Assembly: GCF_009914755.1 (NCBI RefSeq) | Contig: NC_060938.1 | Length of the DNA: 64,000 bases | Source of the DNA: the human T2T-CHM13v2.0 reference genome, Homo sapiens | Reading direction: 5' to 3' (one strand) | In this document: piece after piece, positions 1-11,875 of the stretch | Position numbering within the stretch: position 1 is the first letter of the stretch | How the letters are laid out: each line of letters opens with the position of its first letter | Program-made: the position numbers and the translations under genes | Notes under the pieces: model-generated | Seen by the model: the letters and a program-made list of their open reading frames with translations, nothing else | What the model was told of the DNA's origin: nothing | Database searches by the model: none

Positions 1-181
1 GTGAAGACACAGTGAGAAGGTTGCCATCTACAAGCCTAGGAGAGAGGCCTCAGATGGAACCAACTTGCTGACACCTTGATCTTGGACTTTCAGCCTCCAG
101 AACTGTGAGAAAATAAATTTCCTTCATTTAAGCTCCCCAGTCTGTGATACTTTGTAATGGCAGCCCTAGAAGACTAAGGCA
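1..181 (+). mobile_element. MLT1-family MaLR LTR, 3' part (runs off the window start)
   Basis: Typical MLT1 3' text 'gacaccttgatcttggactttcagcctccagaactgtgagaaaataaattt...atggcagccctag'. Confidence 0.8.
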
Positions 182-1107
182 AGGTTTCACTGGCTGAAAA
201 TCCACATTATAAACCAAAGAGGTACAAGAAAACTCATAACCATATACAGGAACAATGGTACCATGGGACGTATTGAATTAAATTTGGAGAGCATCTTTTT
301 GCTCTGTAACTAGACCTGTTTATATATCTGCTATGTGTATAATTTGGAGCCACCTATGACTGGTCTCCAATAAATAGCTGCTATTTGAACACTGGTATTC
401 TTTGTCCTATTCCAAACAGGAAACATCTTTCTCACTCTTAACATTTTTCTCATCTTTTAGAGCAAATGAGCTCTTTTGAATTCCAAGCTCCGTGTCCTTA
501 GTGAGTCCTCCACAGTCTGTGCATCAGCAGAGCTAACACTTTCCCTCTCTAATATCAGCTAATTAGCCTCTCTGCCTGCCACCTCCTGTGCCCTTTATTC
601 TTCTATCAAAAGGAGAGACCCTCCTGCAAGACATACACAGAGGCAGGTGCTGCTTTTCAATCCCTTGTGGTTTACCTCCTTTACTGGCCTTACCTTAGTC
701 TACCAGGAACTAATGAGCTATTAGTGATAGATTCCTTTATTTGCAAAAAGAAAAACATTCATCAATGTCCTAAAATGTAATTTCTGAAGAATATAAACCA
801 GAGAACTCTAATTTGAGAAAAAAATGTTTTCAACGTATATGAAGACTGAAGCAGCTGCGCATTCAGGTTAAAATTGTGGTACTGGAAGATGAATTGTCAC
901 ACTGCAAGATTGTAGAATCATCAATATGGACTTGCTTCCAGAGAGGGATAGTTCTCAATTCCAGTGCACACTAGACTCTCCTGAGGAATGTTTAGAGAAT
1001 TCTGATAGATATCATTTATAAAGAGCCTGAATTAATTAGTGTGGAGTAAAGCCCATTCCTTGGTATTTCAAAAATTGACCAGGAATTAAAAGGATGGGTT
1101 ACTAATG

Positions 1108-1192
1108 AGGAAAAGAGAGAAAGAAAGCAAAAAAGAGAGAGACAGAGGTCATGAGAGAGACAGACAGAGACTGAGAGATAGAGGAAAAAAAA
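1108..1192. repeat. AG-rich low-complexity tract
   Basis: gagaga/gacaga repeats; this explains the R/E/K-rich ORF at 1105. Confidence 0.8.
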
Positions 1193-2059
1193 AGGTATTG
1201 GTTAATTTTTTGTTCCTGACTACTACGTACAGACATGTGGGACCTAATGTTTCCTTTGCAAGTAAAATTTGGGATAAATTAGGTTTGATTGCAGCTAAGA
1301 GCATATTAAGACCTTGGAAAAACAACTCAAATTGTTGCATGGCAGAATGGATGTTATCTTTAACTATGGCATCACCATAAGACAGCTTTATAAATTACAG
1401 GGTACGATGGATTATTTTGATGAGATTATGGGTTCTTTATATTGCTTACTCAGACAGGGATAATAACAGAATACAACCACATATGTTTATAGTTTCTGTT
1501 GGAAAAGACCTTCAAGATGATCTGGATGAAATGAACAATGATCGCATCTCCACGGTATGTTTTCTTTATAATGAAGTTGGTACCATCTCTTAATCTGAGC
1601 AACCATATTTAGACATCAAGGTGAGAACAATTCTATCTAGATGTAACCAGTGGTCTACTATCTAACTGCAGTCAAGCTTTCCCTGCTATTCTTCCTACTG
1701 GCTCATACTCATTTGTTGATCTTGTGTTCCTTAAGTGACAAATGCTTGAAAATTCAAGCAGAATTGTGCATTATTACAAAGGGCTCCTCATTATTTACCA
1801 TTGTAAATTAATTTCTGTCATTTACAATTCTAATAGGCAATTAACCTGGTTAAAACAGTGCTGTGGCAGTATGATGGTTAGTACTAGAGAAAATAACCAT
1901 GCTTGGGGAAGTTGCCTAAGATGATGTCAAAGTTACTGTGTACCTATTATTTGTTAGGCAACTGCAATAAGAAATCTCTTTATAAAGATATTAAATAAAA
2001 ACACATCATCAAGAAAACCATGGTTTTTCTCTATCCTCTCTTTCTCCACTGAAATATCC

Positions 2060-3150
2060 TATAAGTGCTTCAAATTCAGCATTCCACAAAATGAACTAAC
2101 TTCTCCTCACTCGAAAATATGTTGGCTTTTCCTATATTGTTGACCTCAGTTAACAGCATCCTCCTCCAATTGAATTAGTAAGCCTCATTCCACCCTCAAC
2201 TCGTCTCTGTCTTACCCCCAGGCCATTCACCCTGTCCTGCCAAGTTGACCTCCTAATTTCTTCTGGAGTCTATCCCACCTTTTAGCTCATTGTTACTGGC
2301 TTAATTCAAGTCCACACCATTACCTAGAGAATTCCAAGAGTCGCCCAAGAAAGAGCCATCTCAAATGCTAAACTGCTTTTAGGAATGAGGCAGCTATTCA
2401 AATAGCAACAAACAACAGAGCAGGAAGAACAAAAAAACCCTGCTCCCGGTCTCACTGTCCACCACCACCCTAGAAGCCATTTTCTATAACAATAGAGGTG
2501 TTTTTTGAAAATAAAAATTGAATATATCATTCCTTTGCTTAAGAATTTTCAATGGCTACCTATTGCTTTAAAGACTATCACAGGGACAAAAAACCAAACA
2601 CTGCATGTTCTCACTCATTGGTGGGAATTGAACAATGAGAACACTTGGACACAGGAAGGGGAACATCACACACCGGGGCCTGTTGTGGGGTCGGGGGAGG
2701 GGGGAGGGATAGCATTAGGAGATATATCTAATGTAAATGACGAGTTAATGGGTGCGGCACACCAATATGGCACACGTATACATATGTAACAAACCTGCAC
2801 GTTGTGCACAGGTACCCTAAAACTTAAAGTATAATAAAAAATAAAAATAAAAAAAAATAAAGATACAGCTCAAATTTTGTTTTAGCATGTAACCACTTTG
2901 TCTTTGCCTAAACTAAATGAGTTCATTTTCTTTTCCTTGAACAAATCATGCTTTCTGCCACCTCTAAATCTTTGCACACTCTCTCTTTCTAGAATGTTCT
3001 TTCATACTTTCATCTCTACTTCTAAACTCCTTCTATACTTCAACTTTTAAGACTAAAATCACATATAACCAATTGACCAAGTCAGCATCTCATGGAATGA
3101 GTTAGCTACTCCTTCCTGTCAATGGCCCTAACACTTTTTACAAATCCCCA
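2060..3150 (+). mobile_element. Degraded L2 LINE, interrupted by the L1PA 3' end at 2575-2862
   Basis: L2-like 'caaattcagcattccacaaaatgaactaac' and 'tcattcctttgcttaagaattttcaatggctacctattgc'; boundaries approximate. Confidence 0.55.
2575..2862 (+). mobile_element. 5'-truncated L1PA (end of ORF2, 3'UTR and A-rich tail)
   Basis: 'catgttctcactcattggtgggaattgaacaatgagaacac', G-rich tract, 'aacttaaagtataat' plus A tail; short apparent TSD (t)aaaga. Confidence 0.92.
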
Positions 3151-3416
3151 TTATAAGCTGTTTATTTGGCAAAAACTATTGAGCACCTACTGTGTGCTAG
3201 GTACTACGAATACAGTAGCAAATAAGAAAGGTAAGGTCTATGTTCTCATGGCACTATTATAGTGGGGAGAGATAGTTAATAAATAAGCAAAAAGAGCACT
3301 ACCTTTGGTGAAGTAGGACAAAAATTCAACTGGGCTAGATTGAAGAGAGAATAGATAAGGAAGTGGAGACAGCTTAGCAGATTTTGAGATTTTCATGTTT
3401 TTCTTGTCTTCTATAC

Positions 3417-3989
3417 CAGCAGTCCCCAGTCTTTTTGGCACCAAGGACTGGTTTCATGAAAGACAATTTTTCCATGGATGTAGGGGAAAGGGGTGGTGAT
3501 GAGGGATGGTTTGGGATGATTCAAGCACATTACATTTATTGTGTACTTTATTTCGCTTATTACACTGTAATATACAAAAAATATAATTATACGACTCACC
3601 ATAACGCAGAATCAGTAGGAGCCCTGAGCTTGCTTTCCTGCAACTAGATGGTCCCATCTGGGGGTAATGGGAGACACTGACAGATCAGTCACTAGATTCT
3701 CATAAGGAGTACACAATCTAGATCCCTGGCATGCACGGTTCACAATACGGTTCATGCTCCTGTGAGATTCTAATGCCACTACTGATCTGACAGGAGGTGG
3801 AGCTCAGGCAATAATGCAAGCAATGAGGACAGCTCTAAATACAGATGAAGCTTGGCTTGCTTGCCCGCTGCTCACCTCCTGCTGTGCAGCCCAGTACCTA
3901 ACAGTATCGGTACATAACAGTCTAGAGCAGGGGTCCCCAACCCTGGGTACCATGGTATCGGTTTGTGGCCTGGGGATTGGTGACCCTTG
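3417..3989 (-). mobile_element. MER1A hAT-Charlie non-autonomous DNA transposon
   Basis: 'cagcagtccccagtctttttggcaccaaggactggtttcatgaaagacaatttttcc' and 'tagattctcataaggag'; other terminus near 3989. Confidence 0.85.
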
Positions 3990-4619
3990 CCCTAGACTGT
4001 GACCTACAAAACATGAAGTAATGACATCTGATTTATTAATGTAAATGAGGTCATGGCACAGTGTATGGCTTGTAAGAAGTAATCAACAAATGTTGGATAA
4101 AGAAAAAAAGAAAGAAAGGGAGAGAGGGTGGGAGGGGAGGAAATGAAAAGGTGAAACCTCATGCTCACTTTCTGCCAACCAGCTTTTGGGTAACATAGCA
4201 AACCAACGGCAGAAAGATGAAATGCTAGTTAACATATCACACACTATAATGGACTGAAACCTAACTTCTTTTTATACATTGAAGGTCAAAGGAAACTGCA
4301 GTCTGCAACCAAGGACAGAAGTTCAAGGGTAGTAAAGGATTTTATACATGTTATAAAATTATATCCAAAACTGGTATCAGGGCACATATAATGGTGGACG
4401 TGCTATTTAAGAAAATTAAGAACAGAAGTGTTGTCTATAATACTAGCATGTGAATAAATCAACAGAATAACTGAAGCTTATACTGGCTATGCAAAAGTAA
4501 TATTAATTATAGTCATTTATGTGAACTTCTGACCTTTTATGTTTAATTATCTTGCAGCAAAATAATTTTTATGTATATAACATTACATTTCAAAGATGAT
4601 ATTTGTTTATTATGTTTTT

Positions 4620-5030
4620 CAACTAATATTTATTTAGTGACTGCCATTTAAAGATATTCAGCTGGGCTCTATTAGGGGATATGAAAAAGCTCAGAAAAGA
4701 AGGCCCTTCTCTTAAAAAGCTACACTCTAATAGGAGAGACGAGATACTTATATAACATGATAGCAAATGTGACAGACTTAGATGAACAATGCTACGGGGG
4801 TGGAGGGCCTTACAAAGGAGGTCTCAGTGAGATCAATCTTGCAGGATGTGATAGAAGAGGGTGAGGAGAGAAGACATTCCAGAGTGAACAAAGTTCAGAT
4901 GTGGAACACGATAGTGTGTGTCCAGGAAGCTGGAGAATATAGTCTGATAGAAAACTGTAACATGCAAAAAGGTGAAATAGGAGGTAAGACTGGAAAACTA
5001 GATTGTGATGAGATCATGATAGCCAAGTAG
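4620..5030 (-). mobile_element. Degraded L2 fragment
   Basis: Purine-rich antisense L2-like text starting 'caactaatatttatttagtgactgcc'. Confidence 0.45.
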
Positions 5031-6230
5031 AAAACTTACATGTTGTTCACTTCCATATAAAAATTTCCAGAAAATGTTCAACAGACTATATTTGAAATTC
5101 TCTATATTGCATCCAATAGGTTTTCTTATTCCCAATCGAAGCTCCTAGTACGACGAAGTTCTACCGTGGAAGGACTTTTCTAACGTACAGCTCATTTGTG
5201 GTAAATCCATTGTTTTCACTCAGTAAAGGGCCAACTAGCCCTTTGTTGGTCTCAATGTCGAATTGCTATTAACTTGTGTTATATATGGATGGTGGTACCC
5301 CTTTAAAATGGTCATATATTTATTTCTATAGCTAATAGTCTATTGATTTTTAATTTATAATCATTTTATCTTCCAGCAGAGGTTTTGAGACAGTTTATCA
5401 CTTATTGTTTGGAAAATCAGTCTTGTTTGTCAATAATTGATTTTAGTTCACCACTTAATCTGACGAAGTTCCCTGCTCTAAGGAATTAAATAACATTTTC
5501 TTTCTATTTCAAGAGATTCCCTGGCACTCTCCTGTGGTGCTATTGTGGATGGCACTTAAATTTTTAAATTTTCTGCTTATTGCTGATACGGAATTACAAT
5601 TACCTAATTGTATATTTCTAACACAGTAGCCTTGATAAATTCTCATGTTAATCTGTAGTGAGGGATCAGCTTCTTTTTGTTCATACCTGACCACCAAGAA
5701 GGAGATACAATTTAACTGAAAAACCCTTACTTATAATCCACAAGGCTAAGTAACAGGCCTGTAGTATACAGCAGCTACTCATTTTTCCATGTTATTTGTG
5801 TGCAAATCTCTACCTACAGGTGGAGCTAGTGTCCTAAAAAGTCACTGAAATGTACACAAGTCCATTTAGATCAGTGCTTCCAGAAGTATCCATCACCTAC
5901 ACAACTGTATCACACAATTTTTATAAATACCTATTTGAATACTCTAAACATGACAAAAATTAAAAAATCCCATATGTTTCATTATTCCAGTAACTATTTT
6001 ATTAATTAAAACTTTTTTCAACAGTAAGTATGAGAGCCCGTTTTGATTCTTAAAGAGCAGATTATTTCAAGAAAACAAATACAGGCAGTTCTACAGTACT
6101 TTCTTTTTCTATTCAATTCATTTTACAATGTGTATACTTCTCTGTAAAGAGCTAAATTTACCAAATGAGTAGGGCACTAAGACAACATTTATGTAAGGTC
6201 AGTATTTTCCAACAATAAAATATTATTTGT

Positions 6231-6742
6231 TGTTGGTAATAGGCCCCCAAAATCTGGCCATAAATTGGCCCCAAAACTGGCCATATACAAAATCTCTACA
6301 GCACTGTGACATGTTCGTGATGGCCATGACGCCCACACTGGAAGGTTGTGGGTTTACCGGAATGAGGGCAGGAACACCTGGCCCACCCAGGGCAGAAAAC
6401 TGCTTAAAGGCATTCCTGAACCACAAACAACAGCATGAGCGATCTGTGCCTTAAGGACAAGCTCCTGCTGCAGATAACTAGCCAGAGCCCATCCCTTTAT
6501 TTTGGCCCATCCCTTTGTTTCCTGTAAGGAATACTTTAAGTTAATCTATAATCTATAGAAACAATGCTTATCACTGGCTTGCTGTCAATAAATACGTGGG
6601 CAAATCTCTGTTTGAGGCTCTCAGCTCTGAAGGCTGTGAGACCCCTGATTTCCCACTCCACACCTCTATATTTCTGTGTGTGTGTCTTTAATTCCTCTAG
6701 CACCACTGAGTTAGGGTCTCCCCGACTGAGCTGGTCTCGGCA
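6231..6742 (+). mobile_element. MER9a solo LTR (HERV-K HML-3)
   Basis: TG...CA ends, 512 bp, 'ggcccccaaaatctggccataaattggccccaaaactggccata', AATAAA near 6587, perfect 6-bp TSD ATTTGT (6225-6230 / 6743-6748). Confidence 0.9.
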
Positions 6743-7099
6743 ATTTGTCCCCTAACTTTTTTTTTGCTTAATCTGTGTAGGTTCTATGCCCACACAGCAC
6801 AGGTGGTTAGATCCCCAATCAGAATTTGAGCACGTATCAGACGAATATATTTTCCCAAGAATTCTAAATCTGGTATATTTATGATGCTTGAACCTAGTGT
6901 CAAACTTCAGAGATGAAAAAATTTCACCCAGTTCAACTCCTTCATTTACTAAAATTCCTTTAGAAAACAGTAAATTATAACATGGATTTAGAAAAGTAAA
7001 CGAACTGAAGACACAGAATTCAATCATTTGTAACATAGTCAACAGCATGTAACCCCTTCCCATGTCAAGAAATAGAACATTGGGAGTACCTGAGATGAT

Positions 7100-7935
7100 C
7101 TCTTCATACCCTCTTGAAATCCTACCTCTACCTCCAAGTATAATTGCATCTTTGGCATTCTTCATGGATTGACCACCAAAGAATGGATCCTTAAACTCTA
7201 TTGACTAGCTTTGCTTCGTTGTTTTCAACATTCAAATAGGTACTTATCATTGTTTTCAATATTTAAATAATCAAATAGGTATTTATCAAAAATTGTGTGA
7301 TACAGTTGTACATCCTTTACATAAACAGGATCAGATATCACTTTTTGTGTGCCTTGCTTTTTTCATTTTACATAATGTTTGTGAGACTCATAGAAACATT
7401 TTCTGTAGCTCTAATGTACTCATTTTTATTGCAGAATATTATTCCCTTGTATGACTATATCACAGTTAGTTACATATTTTCATGTTAATAGAAACAGTTT
7501 TTCCAGCTTGTAACTATTTGAACTAATGTTGAGAGTTTGATAGATATTTCACAGAATCTATCCCTCAGTTTGGGGAAAACTGACATCTCCACACTACTGA
7601 ATTTTCCAATCTGTGAACATAGCATATCTCTCCATTTATTTCTGTCTTGTATTTCTGTCTTGTCTCTCAATAATATTTTACAGTTTTCTGTATAGAGGTC
7701 TTATACATAATTTGTCAGATTTATTCTTATTTGATTTTTGATGCTATTGTAGATGGCATTTCAATTTTTAAACTTTCTGTTTATTGCTGATTTAGAATTA
7801 CAATTACCTAATTGTATATTTCTAATATAGTAGCCTTGATAAATTCTCATATTAATTTAAAACTCCTCTGTAAGTTCTTTTGGATTTTCTATGTACAAAA
7901 TAATATCATGTGTAAATAATGAGGATTATTTATAC
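7100..7935 (-). mobile_element. Old L1M fragments (antisense)
   Basis: 'aattttccaatctgtgaacatagcatatctctccatttatt' and 'ttcttttggattttctatgtac' are antisense old L1 ORF2. Confidence 0.7.
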
Positions 7936-8842
7936 ATCCCTTCTTTACACGTTATACAAAGATTAATTCAAGATGGATTAAAGACTTAAATGTTAGACCT
8001 AAAACCATAAAAACCCTAGAAGAAAACCTAGGCAATACCATTCAGGACACAGGCATGGGCAAGGACTTCATGTCTAAAACACCAAAAGCAATGGCAACAA
8101 AAGCCAAAATTGACAAATGGGATCTAATTAAACTAAAGAGCTTCTGCACAGCAAAAGAAACTATCATCAGAATCAACTGGCAACCTACAGAATGGGAGAA
8201 AATTTTTGCAACCTACTCATCTGACAAAGGGCTAATATCCAGAATCTACAATGAACTCAAACAAATTTACAAGAAAAAAACAAACAACCCCATCAAAAAG
8301 TGGGCGAAGCACATGAACAGACACTTCTCAAAAGAAGACATTTATGCAGCCAAAAGACACATGAAAAAACGCTCATCATCACTGGCCATCAGAGAAATGC
8401 AAATCAAAACCTCAATGAGATACCATCTCACACAAGTTAGAATGGCAATCATTAAAAAGTCAGGAAACAACAGGTGCTGGAGAGGATGTGGAGAAATAGG
8501 AACACTTTTACACTGTTGGTGGGACTGTAAACTAGTTCAACCATTGTGGAAGTCAGTGTGGCGATTCCTCAGGGATCTAGAACTAGAAATACCATTTGAC
8601 CCAGCCATCCCATTACTGGGTATATACCTAAGGGATTATAAATCATGCTGCTATAAAGACACATGCACACGCATGTTTATAACAGCACTACTCACAATAG
8701 CAAAGACTTGGAACCAACCTAAATATCCAACAATGATAGACTGGATTAAGAAAATGTGGCACATATACACCATGAAATACTATGCAGCCATAAAAAATTA
8801 TGAGTTCATGTCCTTTGTAGGGACATGGATGAAACTGGAGAC
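7936..8842 (+). mobile_element. Young L1PA internal fragment (ORF2 C-terminal region, no 3'UTR or poly(A))
   Basis: ORF 8055-8903 reads [31 protein letters not shown]...[18 protein letters not shown] (ORF2 cysteine-rich domain). Confidence 0.92.
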
Positions 8843-8867
8843 TTTTATATTATTATTTTCTAATAAA

Positions 8868-10045
8868 ATACAAAAATTAACTCAGGATGGATTAAAGACT
8901 TAAATGTAAAACCTAAAGCCAGAAAAACCCTAGAAGAAAACCTGGGCAATACCATTCAGGACATAGGCATGGGCAAAGACTTCATGACTAAAACACCAAA
9001 AGCAATGGCAACAAAAGCCAAAATTGACAAATGGGATCTAATTAAACTAAAGAGTTTCTGCACAGCAAAAGAAACTATCAGAGTGAACAGGCAACCTACA
9101 GAATGGGAGAAAATTTTTGCAATCTATCCTTCTGACAAAGGACTAGTATCCAGAATTTACAAGGAACTTAAACAAATTTATAAGAAAAAAACAAACTCAT
9201 CAAGCAGTTTGAGAACAGACACTTCTCAAAAGAAGGCATTTACGCAGCCAACAAACATGAAAAAAAGCTCATCATCACTGGTCATTAGAGAAACACAAAT
9301 CTAAACCACAATGAGATACCATCTCACACCAGTTAGAATGGCAATCATTAAAAAGTTGGGAAACAACAGATGCTGGCGAGGATGTGGAGAAATAGGAATG
9401 CTTTTACACTGTTGGTGGGACTGTAAATTAGTTCAACCATTGTGGAAGACAGTGTGGTAATTCCTCAAGATCTAGAACAAGAAATACCATTTGACCCAGC
9501 AAGCCCATTACTGGGCATATACCCAAAGGATTATAAATCATTCTACTATAAAGACACATGCACATGTATGTTTACTGCAGCACGATTTACAATAGCAAAG
9601 ACTTGGAACCAACTCAAATGCCCATCAATGATAGACTGGATAAAGAAAATGTGGCATATATACACCATGGAATATTATGCAGCTGTAAAAAAGGATGAGT
9701 TCATGTGTCCTTTGCAGGGACATGGATGACGCTGGAAACCATCATACTCAGCAAACTAACACAGGAACAGAAAACCAAACACTGCGTGTTCTCACTCATA
9801 AGTGGGAACTGAACAATGAGAACACATGGGCACAGGGAGGGGAACATCACACACCGGGGCCTGTCCGGGGTTGTGGGGGAAAGGGGAGGGAGAGCATTAG
9901 GACAAATACTTAATGCATGTAGGACTTAAACCCTAGATGACGGGTTGATAGGTGCAGCAAACTACCATGGCACGTGTATACCTATGTAACAAACCTGCAC
10001 GTTCTGCTGATGTATCCCAGAACTTTAAGTAAAATTTTTAAAAAT
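8868..10045 (+). mobile_element. 5'-truncated older L1PA (L1PA7/8-like) with 3'UTR
   Basis: ORF2 C-terminal fragments at 8969 and 9442; 3'UTR 'gggagagcattaggacaaatacttaatgcatg'. Confidence 0.9.
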
Positions 10046-10054
10046 ATATTTTAT

Positions 10055-10345
10055 TATGTAAATTGCTCTCTAAGCAGGTTTTAGATTCATCCTACAAATT
10101 TTGATATGTTGTATTTTTATTTTCATTCCATGCAAAATATTTCTAATTTCTCTTATGACTTTCTCTTTGATACATTGGTCATTTGCAAGTGTGCTATATA
10201 ATTCTAAATATTTAGGGATTTTTCAAATGTCTTTTTGTTATTTCTATTTTAACTAACTTATGGTCAAAGAGCATAATTAGCATAATTTTAAACAAATTTT
10301 TAAAATGTATTAAGGTTGGTTTAATGGCCCTGAATATGATTATTA
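10055..10345 (-). mobile_element. Old L1M fragment (host L1 continuing)
   Basis: 'cctacaaattttgatatgttgtatttttattttcattc'. Confidence 0.65.
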
Positions 10346-10366
10346 TAGAACATTTAGAAAATCCAT

Positions 10367-10665
<299 letters not shown>

Positions 10666-10869
10666 AGAAAATTCATGTAAGTAAAAATATTTGTTAAATT
10701 CCATTGCCAGAATAAGTTAACAGTCTGACATTTCCTTTTTATTCTTTTCACTATACTCCTATACAGACATACATGTGTATGGGTGTATACATATAGACAT
10801 ACACAATCACAAATGGAGAATCATACTGTACAATTACTTTGTAATCTACTTTTTGTCTGTAAGGTAGAA

Positions 10870-11110
10870 TAAATGAGTGCTTAAGACATGAGGTCTGAAA
10901 CAACACTGCCTGGGTCCAAATCCAGATTTCACCATTTACCGGCTACATGATTTGGGGCAAGGTTCTTAAATTGTTTGTGCTTCAGTTCTTCACATGTAAA
11001 ATGGGGATAATAATAACAGCACCTATCTCATAGAGATTCTTAAGAGAATTGAGTTAATATAAACTACTTAGAACAGCACCAGACATCTTCTTAGATTATG
11101 TAAGTATCTA
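10870..11110 (+). mobile_element. MIR SINE
   Basis: 'ctgcctgggtccaaatcc...gcttcagttcttcacatgtaaaatggggataataata'. Confidence 0.75.
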
Positions 11111-11581
11111 CTAGTTTCTATGATTGCTTTCCCCTATCATGGCTGCAGTGTAAGGATATATCATAATTTATTTAGATCATACCCTGGTAATGAGCATTTA
11201 GATTACTTTCAGTATTTGCTATTACAAACTCACTGTGATAAAGATCCTTGTTAGGGCACACTTACGATTATATTCTCCCTTAGGACGAATTCATACAAGT
11301 GCAGTTGCTATTTTGAAGAATGGACCTATTTTGAAAGGTTCTTAATGCTTTTGCCCAAGTCCCCAGAGAAGGTTTTTGGTTTTGTTTTTTAATTCATTTA
11401 CCAACTCACCACTATACAACAAAGTGTGAAAACATATCATTTTAGAAAGCATTTTTCAAAGTCTTCCAAGATACATACTTCTTGAGGTTCAAGCAGATAA
11501 TGGAATTGGAACACAAATTAATAGGTTAAGTTTCAAAGAGCTACCCTGAGAAAGAATTGTATTCCAGCACCACATAGCTAA

Positions 11582-11875
<294 letters not shown>

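Noticed and set aside
950-1090. Possible MER5-like remnant
   Set aside because: Too diverged to call by eye.
1105-1380. Basic, charged 91-aa ORF
   Set aside because: It is a translation of AG-rich low-complexity DNA.
1493-1560. Possible small exon (AG...ACG|GTATGT, open frame SVGKDLQDDLDEMNNDRIST)
   Set aside because: The sequence resembles a MIR core, the peptide is not recognisable, and I found no partner exons.
2687-2708. G-quadruplex-forming tract
   Set aside because: Standard L1PA 3'UTR G-rich tract.
8055-8903. Longest ORF (282 aa) as a gene
   Set aside because: It is the L1 ORF2 C-terminus reading through filler into the next L1; there is no promoter or exon context.
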